Assembly: GCA_963675745.2 (NCBI GenBank)
Contig: CAXXWX010000016.1
Span: 160,001-224,000, forward strand
Direction: 5' to 3'
From: Phycisphaerae bacterium
GTDB lineage: Bacteria; Planctomycetota; Phycisphaerae; UBA1845; Fen-1342
Length of the DNA stretch: 64,000 nt
Made by a program: the position numbers and the translations under genes. Below, piece by piece: positions 50,144-60,376 of this stretch (positions are counted from its first letter, which is position 1; each line of letters starts with the position of its first letter). The notes under the pieces were generated by a model. It saw only the letters and a list, made by a program, of their open reading frames with translations, made no database searches and had not been told where the DNA came from.

Positions 50144-50842
50144 CTAGCGCCGGCGGATCAGGGCCAGACCACCCAGGGCCAGCAGCGCCAGGCTCGCCGG
50201 CTCGGGCACACCCGTCACCATCACATTGTCGAGCGCCAGGTCTTCGTCACCCGCATCGAGCTGCCAGATGATGCTGATGTCCAGCGTGCTCCCGGTGCCG
50301 GGAATGGCCTGGGCGAACGGGGCGAAGGTGCTGGTGATGACCGTGCCGTCACCGTCACCATCGAAGTTCGTGTCCAGAGCCGGGGGCGTGTTGAACGTAT
50401 CGTCTGGAATCGACTCGATCCAGAGCAGGTTCTGGTAGCCCCCGCCGTCGATCTGGTACTGAATGTGGACGTAATCGAGCAGATCCCAGTCCTCATTGGT
50501 CCCGTCGTCGTCCTCGGCCAGGTCGATGCCGAACATCAGACCGGTGTAGCCGTCGATATCAATGCCGTTGAAATCCTGGTACAGCGGCAGGGTGGCACCT
50601 TCCCCGTCGAGGTCCATGCCGTTGAAATAGTTCCCGTCGGCGCCTAAGTACTCAACGAAGCTGCCCTTGGAAAGAGGGCCAGCCGTGTTGAACCAGAAAT
50701 CGCCCGAGCCGTCCGAGAACTCCGGAGTCGAGGTGACGTAGGTTACCGTCGTATCCTCGAAGTCCTCCAACAGCAGGGTGGTCTCGCCGAAAGCCGTCGT
50801 GGCCAAGGCCAGCACGACCATCGAAACAAAAGCCTTCTTCAT
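50144..50842 (-). CDS. PEP-CTERM sorting-domain protein
   Basis: SD GGAGGAG, signal peptide MKKAFVSMVVLALATTAFG, C-terminal VPEPASLALLALGGLALIRRR. Confidence 0.92.
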   Translation of the reverse strand: MKKAFVSMVVLALATTAFGETTLLLEDFEDTTVTYVTSTPEFSDGSGDFWFNTAGPLSKGSFVEYLGADGNYFNGMDLDGEGATLPLYQDFNGIDIDGYTGLMFGIDLAEDDDGTNEDWDLLDYVHIQYQIDGGGYQNLLWIESIPDDTFNTPPALDTNFDGDGDGTVITSTFAPFAQAIPGTGSTLDISIIWQLDAGDEDLALDNVMVTGVPEPASLALLALGGLALIRRR

Positions 50843-51577
50843 GATTACTCTCCTCCAGTTGCCTCTCCAGAACCTCACCTTCCGCGCACGAGGACACCTC
50901 GCACACCTCCGCCCCGTATAGTCTAACGCTGCAGCGGATTGCAAACAAGGGCATACCTGCAGCACCCGAACAAATCCCACACCGAACCACCGTCCACCGC
51001 GTCGCCAGACCAAGAGGGCGGCCGGCGCCTGAATGGTCTGGCCGCTCTGCCGCCTGCTATGCTAGCCTTCGTCTTCCACTTTTCACGTTAAGGTTCAGTT
51101 ATTCTTCAGTCAGAATCGTCAAGAAGACCTGCTCGGGGGCGTCACCCCAGCTCCGAATGATGCGGAGATAAGGACAACAAAGCGGCGATCGGGCAAGCCG
51201 GAGCCTGGTAAACAGCAGATGCAGGAGGAACCAAGGGGCATATACCTGTGAGTTTCTGGCAGGGTACCGGCTGACGCCTGGTGGACGCCAACGGGGCGCC
51301 TGGCGGACGGTATTCTCCAGGATAAGCTCTATCCCGAAAGAAACGGTAAACGGTACCAGCGCCACGGCGTAGGTCGGCGGTCATCTGCGCATACTACCAG
51401 GTGACCGAGGCGTCCTTGCCGTGCGATTAGGAAGCAGCGCTTTGCCCGCAGATCTGGCCGGAACGCCGCATGCGTGGGGCTTTCTCTCAGCGTTTGAAGC
51501 GCGCCGGACCCGCTCAATTCAGTCCGATAAGCCCTAGACCGCTAAGCAAAGTCGCCCCCCCGCCGGACCGATAAGAC

Positions 51578-52447
51578 ATGGGTCAGCCTCCGGTATATCC
51601 ACTCGGGGAGGTCGGAATCGTGGTGCGCGCAGACAATGCCCTGACCGCCGGCAAGGAGCTCGCGGAGCACAGCCAACTGCTGCTCAGCCTCGCGTCGCGC
51701 GACATCCGCGTCCGCTATAAGCAGTCGCTGCTGGGCATCGCCTGGGCCGTGCTGCTGCCGCTCTCGATGATGCTGATCTTCACCTTCGTCTTCACGCGGG
51801 CGGTGAAGATCGCCCACGGGCTCGACCCCGCCCTGCCCTACGCCCTCTACGCCTACACCGGGCTGGTGCCCTGGACCTTCTTCAGCATGGCCACCATCGC
51901 CTGCGTCAACTCGCTGGTCGCCAACCGCAACCTGGTCACCAAGGTCTACTTCCCGCGCGAGGTGTTCCCGCTGGCGTGCGTGTTGAGCTCCTTCATGGAC
52001 TTCTGCGTCGCCGGGGCCGTGCTGGTCGGGCTGATGCTCTACTTCCACCTGGGTGGCACCTGGTCGTTCGTTTTTCATCCCGCGCTGGTACTCGTGCCGG
52101 TGATCGTACTGGTGCAGATCGCCTTTACCGCCGGGCTGGGCATGGTGCTGGCGATGGCGAACCTGTTCTATCGCGACGTGCGCCAGGTTGTGGCGGTGGC
52201 GCTGCAACTGCTGATGTTCGTCTCCTGCGTAGTAGTGCCACTGCCCAAGGACGGCTCGCTGCTGGGGCAACTAATGATGCTGAACCCGCTGGTCCCGCTG
52301 ATCAGCGCCTATCGCGACTGCATTCTGCGCGGCTGCTGGCCGGAGCCGGCGCCGTTTGCCTATGCCACCCTGGTCGCCCTGACGCTCCTGGGCGGCGGGT
52401 GGTACTGCTTCCGCCGGGCCTCTTACCGTTTCGCGGAGTGCATCTAG
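51578..52447 (+). CDS. wzm: ABC-2 polysaccharide export permease
   Basis: RDIRVRYKQSLLGIAW, NLVTKVYFPRE, LNPL. Confidence 0.9.
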   Translation: MGQPPVYPLGEVGIVVRADNALTAGKELAEHSQLLLSLASRDIRVRYKQSLLGIAWAVLLPLSMMLIFTFVFTRAVKIAHGLDPALPYALYAYTGLVPWTFFSMATIACVNSLVANRNLVTKVYFPREVFPLACVLSSFMDFCVAGAVLVGLMLYFHLGGTWSFVFHPALVLVPVIVLVQIAFTAGLGMVLAMANLFYRDVRQVVAVALQLLMFVSCVVVPLPKDGSLLGQLMMLNPLVPLISAYRDCILRGCWPEPAPFAYATLVALTLLGGGWYCFRRASYRFAECI

Positions 52448-53743
52448 ATGAGTAACGCCCCGGTGCGCTTCGAGCAAGTGTCGAAACGGTTCCGCCTCGG
52501 GGCCAACCATGACTCCCTGCGCGACCTGCTGGCGGCGGGAGCTGGGCGCCTGCTTGGGCGCCGCGGCACCCGGCGCGAACGTTCGAACCTCTGGGCCCTC
52601 AAGAACGTAAGTTTCGCGGCCGCCCCGGGCGAGGCGTTGGGCATCATCGGCCCTAACGGTGCGGGCAAGAGCACGGCCCTGCGGCTACTGGCGGGCATCC
52701 TGTGCCCGGACGGAGGTGAAGTGCACGTGCGCGGCCGGCTCAGCGCGCTGATCGAGGTCGGTGCCGGCTTTCACGGGGACCTGACGGGGCGCGAGAACGT
52801 CTTTCTTAACGGCGCTATCCTCGGCATGAGCCGGACGGAGATTCGCAGCAAGCTGGACGCGATCGTCGCCTTCGCCGGGCTCGAGCGTTTTCTCGATACG
52901 CCGGTCAAGCGCTACAGCTCCGGCATGTACGCCCGCCTCGGCTTCAGCATCGCCGCCCACGTCGATCCGGAAGTGCTGTTGGTGGATGAAGTGCTCTCTG
53001 TGGGGGACGCGGTCTTTCGCCTGCGCTGTTTGGAGCGGATGCGCGAGCTGGTGCAAAGCGGCACCACACTCATCTTCGTTACGCACAACCTGGAGCAGAT
53101 GCAGGCGATCTGCCCGCGCGCGTTGGTGCTGGACGGCGGGGTGGTGGCGTATGAAGGCGACGCCCGCCTGGCGGTCAGTCACTACATGGAAGCCATGTCC
53201 CACGCCTACTACACCAAGCCGACCGACCTGCCCACAGGCCAACACGGGCAACAGAGTGCGGTCGAATTGGTGGAGCTGAAGACGCTGAACGCCGCGGGGG
53301 AGCAAGTAGTCTGGACGCCCGCAGGCGCGCGGATCGAGGTGGAGCTGACCTTGCGCTTGCGCCACCCGATTCGACGGCTGATATTGGAACTTAACCTGCG
53401 TGCCAGTCCGCGCGAGAACCTGCTCAGCTTCAACTCCGGGCGGGAAGAACGCTATTTCGACGTCCCCGCCGGGTTGCAGCGTTTCCGGCTGTCGCTGCCC
53501 GAGCTGCCGCTGGCGAGCGGGCAGTACTTATGGATCGTGCGGGCGTGGGATCATGACACATCCGTAGCGGAGTTGGATGCCCCGCGCAACTTTCCACTGG
53601 TGGTGGACGATCAAGGGCGGGCGACGGGTACCTTGGCACTCAAGCACGAGTGGCACTTCGAGGCTAAAGACCGTGCCGCAAGCGCCGAAACCTTCGCACC
53701 CGTCGGGGGCGTAAGCGCCACCGAAGTCGGAGCCAAAGCGTGA
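52448..53743 (+). CDS. wzt: Polysaccharide ABC transporter ATPase with Wzt C-terminal domain
   Basis: GPNGAGKST, LTGREN, YSSGM, VDEVLSVGD. Confidence 0.92.
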   Translation: MSNAPVRFEQVSKRFRLGANHDSLRDLLAAGAGRLLGRRGTRRERSNLWALKNVSFAAAPGEALGIIGPNGAGKSTALRLLAGILCPDGGEVHVRGRLSALIEVGAGFHGDLTGRENVFLNGAILGMSRTEIRSKLDAIVAFAGLERFLDTPVKRYSSGMYARLGFSIAAHVDPEVLLVDEVLSVGDAVFRLRCLERMRELVQSGTTLIFVTHNLEQMQAICPRALVLDGGVVAYEGDARLAVSHYMEAMSHAYYTKPTDLPTGQHGQQSAVELVELKTLNAAGEQVVWTPAGARIEVELTLRLRHPIRRLILELNLRASPRENLLSFNSGREERYFDVPAGLQRFRLSLPELPLASGQYLWIVRAWDHDTSVAELDAPRNFPLVVDDQGRATGTLALKHEWHFEAKDRAASAETFAPVGGVSATEVGAKA

Positions 53744-54837
53744 AGATCTGCCTCTTTGGCGACCTTGATTGCGTACACGTACCGCGGGCGGCTACCGGGC
53801 TGGCGGCGCGGGGGCATACGGTGCACGTCTGCTGCCATCACCCGGCCGAGCTACCCGGCGTGACGGTGCAGAAATTTGCCGTGCCGGCGCCCGGTCTGCG
53901 GAATCCGCGCCGCTGGCAGCAGCGCCAAGAGGCCTACCTCAAGGGTTTCCTGCGCAAGTTCGACGTCGTGCTCATCTGCTTTCTCAGTGATTGGGGCCTC
54001 ACGCCGCAGCTTATGGAGCAGGGTTGCCTGGTGGCCTTCCCCTTCGGTTCCGACATCGTGCCCCCCCCCGGCGAGGACCCGCCCTCCGCCAGCCTATCGG
54101 CCGCACGTCTGAATATGTTGCGGCACGCCCAAGCGATCGGAGTCGCCGGCCCGCGCTTCGCGAAAGTGGTTGCTCATTTTGCAGGCTTGGAGTGTGAGCG
54201 CGTTGACCTGCTGCCGATCGGGGTGGACACCGAACTGTTCAAACCGCGACCGGCTTCTGACAAGGGAGTCATACGCCCCCCTCGCGTCGGCTTCTTCAAA
54301 GGCTTCCGCCGCGTATATGGCGCCCCTTATCTGGTGCGTGCCATACCCTCGGTGTTAGACGAGGTACCCCTGGCGCGTTTCGACTTCATCGGTGACGGCC
54401 CGGAGCTACTCTTAAGTAAACAGATGGCGGGTTTGTACGGAGTGGAGTCCGCGATCAACTGGCATCGCCCCCAGCCGCACCGCAACCTGCCGAACTTCCT
54501 CGCCGGCTGGGACCTTAGTGTTATTCCCTCACTCTGTGAGAGCTTCGGCGTAGCGGCGCTGGAGTCGGCCGCGATGCAGGTGCCGGTGGTCGCGTCCGAC
54601 GTCGGAGGCCTGCCTGATACCGTGCTGCACGAACAGACCGGGCTGCTGGTGCCTCCGCAGGCGCCTGAAGCCCTGGCCGACGCGATCATTACCCTGCTCC
54701 AAGACACACCGCGCCGCCGCCTCATGGGCCTGACCGGGCGCGCGTTCGTCAAAGAGCATTACGAATGGGACAATCTCTTGCAGCGATGGGAAGACGTATT
54801 TGAAAAGGCCCGCGATCGTGCGGCCGTAATGGTCTAA
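53740..54837 (+). CDS. Glycosyltransferase family 4
   Basis: PSLCESFGVAALE..VVASDVGG. Confidence 0.88.
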   Translation: MKICLFGDLDCVHVPRAATGLAARGHTVHVCCHHPAELPGVTVQKFAVPAPGLRNPRRWQQRQEAYLKGFLRKFDVVLICFLSDWGLTPQLMEQGCLVAFPFGSDIVPPPGEDPPSASLSAARLNMLRHAQAIGVAGPRFAKVVAHFAGLECERVDLLPIGVDTELFKPRPASDKGVIRPPRVGFFKGFRRVYGAPYLVRAIPSVLDEVPLARFDFIGDGPELLLSKQMAGLYGVESAINWHRPQPHRNLPNFLAGWDLSVIPSLCESFGVAALESAAMQVPVVASDVGGLPDTVLHEQTGLLVPPQAPEALADAIITLLQDTPRRRLMGLTGRAFVKEHYEWDNLLQRWEDVFEKARDRAAVMV

Positions 54838-54865
54838 ACAGGAGTACCGAGAGTCGAAAGCAGAA

Positions 54866-54964
54866 GGGTGGCATGCCCAAGCCGAAGGCACCGGCATGTT
54901 ATTGCGGAACGAAGGCGTTCTTCCGAGGGACAGCATGGCGGCGCTGCGCTTGGCCATGCCACCC
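54866..54964. repeat. REP/MITE-like element with terminal IR GGGTGGCATG..CATGCCACCC (copy 1)
   Basis: Near-identical arms recur at 58568-58783. Confidence 0.75.
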
Positions 54965-55038
54965 ACGTTAGACCACCGGCTTCCCTGCTGCAGGGAGCTA
55001 TTCAGGCTGGATAGAAGACTACTGTTAGTACCGAGTCA

Positions 55039-56478
55039 ATGGCACGCGCTCCGGCAAATTCTGACTCCCGCATCGACGCACCGGGTGCGGCTGCGCCCCG
55101 GGTCTTGATCCTGGCTTGCGCGTTTCCCCCCACTGGAGGCGTGGGGGTAATGCGCGTGGTCAAATTCGCCAAGTATCTGCCGGCGTATGGGTGGAACCCT
55201 TGGGTTTGGTCGGCCGACTACGTCCCCGGTTTGCCCCGCGATGAATCGCTCAGGTCCGGGCTGCTGCCAACCCTGGAGCACAGCACCCTACCCACGCGCG
55301 ATCCCGCCGCGTGGCTCAAACACAAATTCGCACCTTTCCACAAGCATCCTCGGCTCTACCACCGCTGGCTGGAGGGGCTCGAATGGCGCTTGAGCAACTG
55401 GTCACGCTGGTGCCTCACCCAGGACTTCCCCGACGACCAGGCGTCCTGGGCCCGTAGGAGCTATCATCACCTGCTCCGCCAACTTAAGAGTAGACCGGTA
55501 GACCTTCTCTTCAGCACCTTCAGCCCCGCGTCCAACCACTGGCTGGCGCTCAAGCTGCACCGCGCCACCGGCATCCCTTGGATCGCGGACTTCCGCGACC
55601 TCTGGACGGAGGACGGAGAGGTGCCGCGGCGCGGGTGGCTCAGGCGCCGGCTGGAGCGGCGGCTGGAGCAGCATTGTCTCGAAACCGCTGCGGCCGTGAC
55701 CGCGACCGACCATACTCTGGAGCTGCTCGCGCGTCACCTGCCGGACGAGCGGCACAAGTTCCACCTGGTGCCCAACGGAGTTGACCTCGACGACTTCGTG
55801 CCTCTCCGCACGCGCAACAAAGGAGGTGTAGCCGAACGGCAAGGCGGCCGATTCCGGCTCAGCTTCGTAGGTCAGTTCCGCGAAACCAGAGTCACCCCAG
55901 AGTACTATGAGGGCATCGTGCGTTTCCTGCGCGGTGACGCGGAGCGCCAGGCGCAGTTCGAATTACGTGTAGTCGGATCGATTTCCGCGGACTTGCAGCA
56001 GCGCGCCCGCGCCGCGGGCATAAACTTAACAGTTGCCGGGCACCTGCCGCACCGGGAAGCTCTGCGCGAAATGGTGGAGGCGGATGTGCTCTTGCTTTCC
56101 ACCGCCTGCCGCAGAAACTCCACCCATGTCATCCCCGCCAAGACTTACGAGTACCTCGCCTCGGGCAGACCGATCCTCGTAGTAGGCGCACCGGATAGCG
56201 ACGCGCTCCGCCTGGTGGAGGACAACGGCGCGGGGGTGGGGGTGGGGCACGACCCGGACGCACTGGCCGAGGCCTTGGGAGATTACTGGGAAGCCTGGCG
56301 CGTGGAGCAGCTCCCCACCGGCTGCACCCTCGAGGAATTGGAACGGTACAGTAGAGCAACCGCGACCCGCCAGCTCGCGGACATCTTCAACCGGGTATCC
56401 GGCCGCGCCCCGGTCGCCCTGGAACCGAGACCGGCGCCGTCCTGCACCCTCCAAGTCGCGGGAGTAGCCGCCGAATGA
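55039..56478 (+). CDS. Glycosyltransferase family 4
   Basis: FPPTGGVGVMRVVKFAKYL, WIADFRDLW, PAKTYEYLASGRP. Confidence 0.88.
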   Translation: MARAPANSDSRIDAPGAAAPRVLILACAFPPTGGVGVMRVVKFAKYLPAYGWNPWVWSADYVPGLPRDESLRSGLLPTLEHSTLPTRDPAAWLKHKFAPFHKHPRLYHRWLEGLEWRLSNWSRWCLTQDFPDDQASWARRSYHHLLRQLKSRPVDLLFSTFSPASNHWLALKLHRATGIPWIADFRDLWTEDGEVPRRGWLRRRLERRLEQHCLETAAAVTATDHTLELLARHLPDERHKFHLVPNGVDLDDFVPLRTRNKGGVAERQGGRFRLSFVGQFRETRVTPEYYEGIVRFLRGDAERQAQFELRVVGSISADLQQRARAAGINLTVAGHLPHREALREMVEADVLLLSTACRRNSTHVIPAKTYEYLASGRPILVVGAPDSDALRLVEDNGAGVGVGHDPDALAEALGDYWEAWRVEQLPTGCTLEELERYSRATATRQLADIFNRVSGRAPVALEPRPAPSCTLQVAGVAAE

Positions 56479-57521
56479 CCACCCCCACCGTCTCCGTCAT
56501 CATCCCCACCTACAACCGGGCGGAGCTGCTGCCCCGGGCGCTGGATTCGGTGCGGGCGCAGACGTTCGGTGACTGGGAAATCGTGCTGGTGGACGACGGA
56601 TCGACGGATGAAACAGAAACGGTCGCGGCCAAGTACAGTCGCATACTCGGTCCGCGCTTCGTCTATTACCGGCAGGAGAACCAGGGCGCCAGCGCCGCCC
56701 GCAACCGCGGCCTGAACTTGAGCCGCGGGCGCTTCCTTGCCTTCCTCGATTCCGACGACGAGTACCTGCCCCGCAAGCTCGAAAGACAGCTCGCCCTCTT
56801 CGAGCTGCGCCCGGAGCTGGGATTGGTCTACAGCGATTACGCCTACGTCGACCTGGCGGGATCGCAGCATCCCAGTGCCTTCGCTACGTGCCACGCATTG
56901 GCACGCCAGGTTCCATCCGCGCCGGTTGCACCCGGCCTGTTCCTCTGCCGGGGAAACCTGTTGGACTGGTTGCTGCGCGAGTATTTCATCGCCACGATCG
57001 TCGGCATGGTGCGGCGCGAGGTGCTCGGCAACGACATTCGGTTTCCAGAGGAACTGAGCTACGCGGAGGAATGGCTCTTCTACTTGCAGGTAGCCCAGAA
57101 ATGCCCCGCCGGCTTCGTGGACGAGCCGCTCGCGCTGCATCATCACCTGCCCGGCAGCCTCGCTCGTACCGATACCCACCGCAACAACCTGCGCCTGCGC
57201 CGGCTGCTCGAGACCATCCCCGCGGTGCTGCCGCATCTGACCCACCCCCAACGACGCCAACTGCGTCGGCGCCGGGCTACCGCCAGCCGCCAACTCGGAT
57301 ATGACGCCTTTCACGCCGGGAGCTTTGACGAAGCCCGACGTTTCCTGCACGACGCCCTACGCGGAGCACCCTCCCTCCGCAGTCTCTACGACCTCGCCCA
57401 CGCCACCCTGTGTCGATTCACACGGGGAGCAGAGGCGTCGGTGCACGGCACCTGCCGGCTCAACTCAGGTGGCCAATCGTCCGATAAACCGAATACTCTG
57501 GGTCGGGCGCCGGTCCGGTGA
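56475..57521 (+). CDS. Glycosyltransferase family 2
   Basis: VSVIIPTYNR, DDGSTD, ARNRG, FLDSDD. Confidence 0.9.
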   Translation: MTTPTVSVIIPTYNRAELLPRALDSVRAQTFGDWEIVLVDDGSTDETETVAAKYSRILGPRFVYYRQENQGASAARNRGLNLSRGRFLAFLDSDDEYLPRKLERQLALFELRPELGLVYSDYAYVDLAGSQHPSAFATCHALARQVPSAPVAPGLFLCRGNLLDWLLREYFIATIVGMVRREVLGNDIRFPEELSYAEEWLFYLQVAQKCPAGFVDEPLALHHHLPGSLARTDTHRNNLRLRRLLETIPAVLPHLTHPQRRQLRRRRATASRQLGYDAFHAGSFDEARRFLHDALRGAPSLRSLYDLAHATLCRFTRGAEASVHGTCRLNSGGQSSDKPNTLGRAPVR

Positions 57522-57577
57522 AGCATCAGCGCACAGGCGGGAGCATGGCAGCGGGTGCGCCGGAAGAAGTCGAGGAA

Positions 57578-57649
57578 GCACTGCTCACAGAGCAGTGGCA
57601 CACAGCACACGCGCAACCGCAGAGGCACTGCTCAAGAGCAGTGGCACCC
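57578..57649. repeat. Two REP-like palindromes CACTGCTC-N2/3-GAGCAGTG-GCAC
   Basis: Direct repeats at 57578 and 57625, each a perfect 8-bp stem. Confidence 0.65.
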
Positions 57650-57690
57650 ACGTGAGTGCAAGTGTGAGCGAGTGTCAGAGAGTTTGACTC

Positions 57691-58539
57691 ATGACTACCT
57701 CCGTCGCTGAAGCCAAGCCAGCTCCGCCCGCGACCGCGACCACCGGGCCCGGGGTATGGGAGCAGCTCTGGCGCAAACCGCTTTCCGACGCGGCCGACGA
57801 CGCTCAGCTTGCGCGCGAGCGGCGCAGCCCGCGCTGGACGGCGCTGACGGAACGCCTCGAAGCCACCTTCGGAAGGATCGCAGACCTGCGCACCCTCGAA
57901 CTGGGTAGTGGGCGCGGCGACTTATCCGCCCTCCTGGCTGAGCGCGGGGCGCAAGTCACCCTGCTGGACTACAGCACGACCGCTCTGAACCAGGCACGGC
58001 GGCGTTTTGATCGGCTGGGTCTGGAAGCACGCTACGCCCGGGACGACCTGCTTGGACCACTTGACAAGCTGCGAGGCAGCTTCGACGTCGCCCTGTCGTC
58101 CGGCGTTATCGAGCACTTCAAGGGCTATCAGCGCACCCGCGCCCTGCAGGCGCACTACCGGGTATTGAACCCACGCGGGTTCTGCCTGATCAGTGTGCCG
58201 CACGCCTGGTGCATTCCTTACCGGATCTGGAAGCTGTATCTCGAAGTGCGCGGCTGGTGGCCTTACGGCATGGAGATCCCCTTCAGTCGGACCGAGCTTA
58301 CCCGCCGAGCCCGCGCCGCCGGCTTCGCCCGCAGCGAGACCCCGGCGGTGGGATTCTGGCAGGCGCTCGGCGACCACTGGGGGCGCAGTATTCTGGGTCG
58401 AGGGCCGGATTGGGTGGACAAACCTTCCTGCTGCGACCAAGCGTTAGGGCTTAACCTACTGCTGTTCGCCTGGTGCCAGGATATGGCACTCGATGGGCGG
58501 GCGGAGGCGAATGAACATCCCGGACCTCGCAGGAGCTAG
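57691..58539 (+). CDS. Class I SAM-dependent methyltransferase
   Basis: LELGSGRG, FDVALS.GVIEHF, LNPRG. Confidence 0.88.
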   Translation: MTTSVAEAKPAPPATATTGPGVWEQLWRKPLSDAADDAQLARERRSPRWTALTERLEATFGRIADLRTLELGSGRGDLSALLAERGAQVTLLDYSTTALNQARRRFDRLGLEARYARDDLLGPLDKLRGSFDVALSSGVIEHFKGYQRTRALQAHYRVLNPRGFCLISVPHAWCIPYRIWKLYLEVRGWWPYGMEIPFSRTELTRRARAAGFARSETPAVGFWQALGDHWGRSILGRGPDWVDKPSCCDQALGLNLLLFAWCQDMALDGRAEANEHPGPRRS

Positions 58540-58567
58540 ATAGGACCACTGAAAATGGAAACCAGCA

Positions 58568-58783
58568 GGGTGGCATGCCCAAGCCGAAGGCGCCGGCATG
58601 TGCTGCAAGCACGTAGGGTGCGTCCCGGACGCACCTGTTATGGGATTGGAGATTGTGGATTGTGGATTAGGAAGCAGGTGGAAGTAGCAGATAGGTACCG
58701 CAAGTGCCTTCCGCATTCGCTCTTCGCTATTCGACATTCGCTATTTCCCCCGTATGGCGGCGCCGCGCTTAGCCATGCCACCC
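58568..58783. repeat. REP/MITE-like element copy 2, containing a GTAG-type REP and heptamer repeats
   Basis: Same arms as 54866-54964; internal GTAGGGTGCGTCCCGGACGCACC (58613-58635), GATTGGA/GATTGTG and ATTCGCT-type 7-mers. Confidence 0.75.
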
Positions 58784-58827
58784 ACTTTGGACCGTCGGTT
58801 TCGCTAGTGCAGGGAGTCATTTAGCAG

Positions 58828-60039
58828 GTGTCTCGCCCACTGCGCATTCTACTCGACGCGCGCATGATGCTGGGGAGCTTCTCCGGCGTGGGGCGCGTGG
58901 TGACCTGCTTGGTCGATGAACTGGCTCGGCAGGACGGGCTGGAACTGCTGGTCCTCTGTGGCAACGAGCCCTACGAACCGTGGCGCGGGCGCGACGATAT
59001 CGAGCTGGTCACCTCCAGCTTCACCCGCGCCCACCGCACGGCCATCCGCCGCGCCTGGTGGGAGGCGCGCCACCTGGCGCCTATCATCCGCCGCACCCAG
59101 GCGGATGTCTTTCACGCCACCTGGAACACAGGCGTCCCGCCGCGCTGCCCGGCAGCCGCCGTGCTCACCATTCATGACCTGATCCCGCTGCACGAGCCCG
59201 CCCGCCACTTCGCCAACCGGCGGCAGCAGTTCGCCTATCACTACGCGCTGCGCAGCTCGGCCACCCGCGCCAACCTAGTCACCACCGTTAGTGAATACGT
59301 CCGGCGGGAGGTCCTCGACCAGTTGCAGCTCGAGCCCGACCGCGTGGTGGCAATCCCCAACGGGGTAATCTTGCCCGATGCTCTGCCGTTGCCTCCTCAT
59401 ACCGTATGCGGGAGCGATCCCTATGTGCTCTACGTCGGCGGGCACGAACCGCGCAAGAATCTGGCGGCCGTCTTGCACGCCCTCGCCCACTACTGGCAGC
59501 ATCATGACCCAACGCTTCAACTCCGACTCACCGGGCGCGTCGAAGCCCTCTCCGAGCAGGCCCGCACCGCCTACTCGAGCCTGCCTCATCCCGAGCGCGT
59601 GACGTTCCTCGGCAGCCTGAACGAGCAGGACTTGGCGGCCGCATACCGTGGCGCCCAAGCCCTGCTGCTGCTTTCCGAGGCCGAAGGTTTCGGGCTGCCC
59701 GTGTTGGAGGCCTTTGCCCACGGCTGCCCTGTAGTCGCAGCCGAGCGGGCATCCCTGCCCGAAGTCGTGGGCAACGCCGGCCTGCTGGTAAATCCGGACG
59801 ACCCCGCCGAGGTCGCCCGGGCACTCGCACGAATCAGGTCCGACCCTGCCCTCCGGCAGACGTGCAGCGTCCGAGGCCTGACGCGCGCCCGCCAGTTCAC
59901 GTGGCAGGCGACGGCCTCCCAGATGCGCCACGCGTACGAACAGGCCGCCTCTCAGGCCTGCAACACCCGCCCCAAGCAGGCCCCCGCACGCCCTGACGCC
60001 GCCGTCCGCAAGACCTCTAATATCGGCACTATCGTTTGA
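58828..60039 (+). CDS. Glycosyltransferase family 4 (mannosyltransferase-like)
   Basis: LTIHDLIP, EPRKN, EGFGLPVLEA, SLPEVVG. Confidence 0.9.
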   Translation: MSRPLRILLDARMMLGSFSGVGRVVTCLVDELARQDGLELLVLCGNEPYEPWRGRDDIELVTSSFTRAHRTAIRRAWWEARHLAPIIRRTQADVFHATWNTGVPPRCPAAAVLTIHDLIPLHEPARHFANRRQQFAYHYALRSSATRANLVTTVSEYVRREVLDQLQLEPDRVVAIPNGVILPDALPLPPHTVCGSDPYVLYVGGHEPRKNLAAVLHALAHYWQHHDPTLQLRLTGRVEALSEQARTAYSSLPHPERVTFLGSLNEQDLAAAYRGAQALLLLSEAEGFGLPVLEAFAHGCPVVAAERASLPEVVGNAGLLVNPDDPAEVARALARIRSDPALRQTCSVRGLTRARQFTWQATASQMRHAYEQAASQACNTRPKQAPARPDAAVRKTSNIGTIV

Positions 60040-60103
60040 AACTACCCATGTAAGCATTCCAGCAGTGGCTGGTGTAAACCTCGGTATATTATGCCGGCTT
60101 GAC

Positions 60104-60255
60104 CGTTGGGACGCCGTGCGTGTGGAACCCCTTCCCTGGCAACCGAACGAGGTTGCCCCGAGACCCTGGACACCCTGCGGGCTACCGGCGACACTAGTGG
60201 TTCTCGGCCAAGAACGCAGGCGGCGCCCGCTGGGGGGAGTCACGTACGACTAACG
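60104..60255 (+). ncRNA. Candidate structured ncRNA (rod-like, possibly 6S-like)
   Basis: Nested complementary segments CGTTGG/CTAACG, CGTGCGTG/CACGTACG, CTTCCCTGGC/GCTGGGGGGAG, TTGCCCCGAGACC/GGTTCTCGGCCAA; TATATT just upstream. Confidence 0.4.
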
Positions 60256-60376
60256 CTAGCAACCGCCAACCGCGACTTGGCGACCGTATTCGCCTCTGCC
60301 GGGATCGTCCGAGGCGCGGGGCAGCACTCATCCGGCCGGAGGGCATACGCCCACCGGCTGCAAGATCCGAGGGAAG

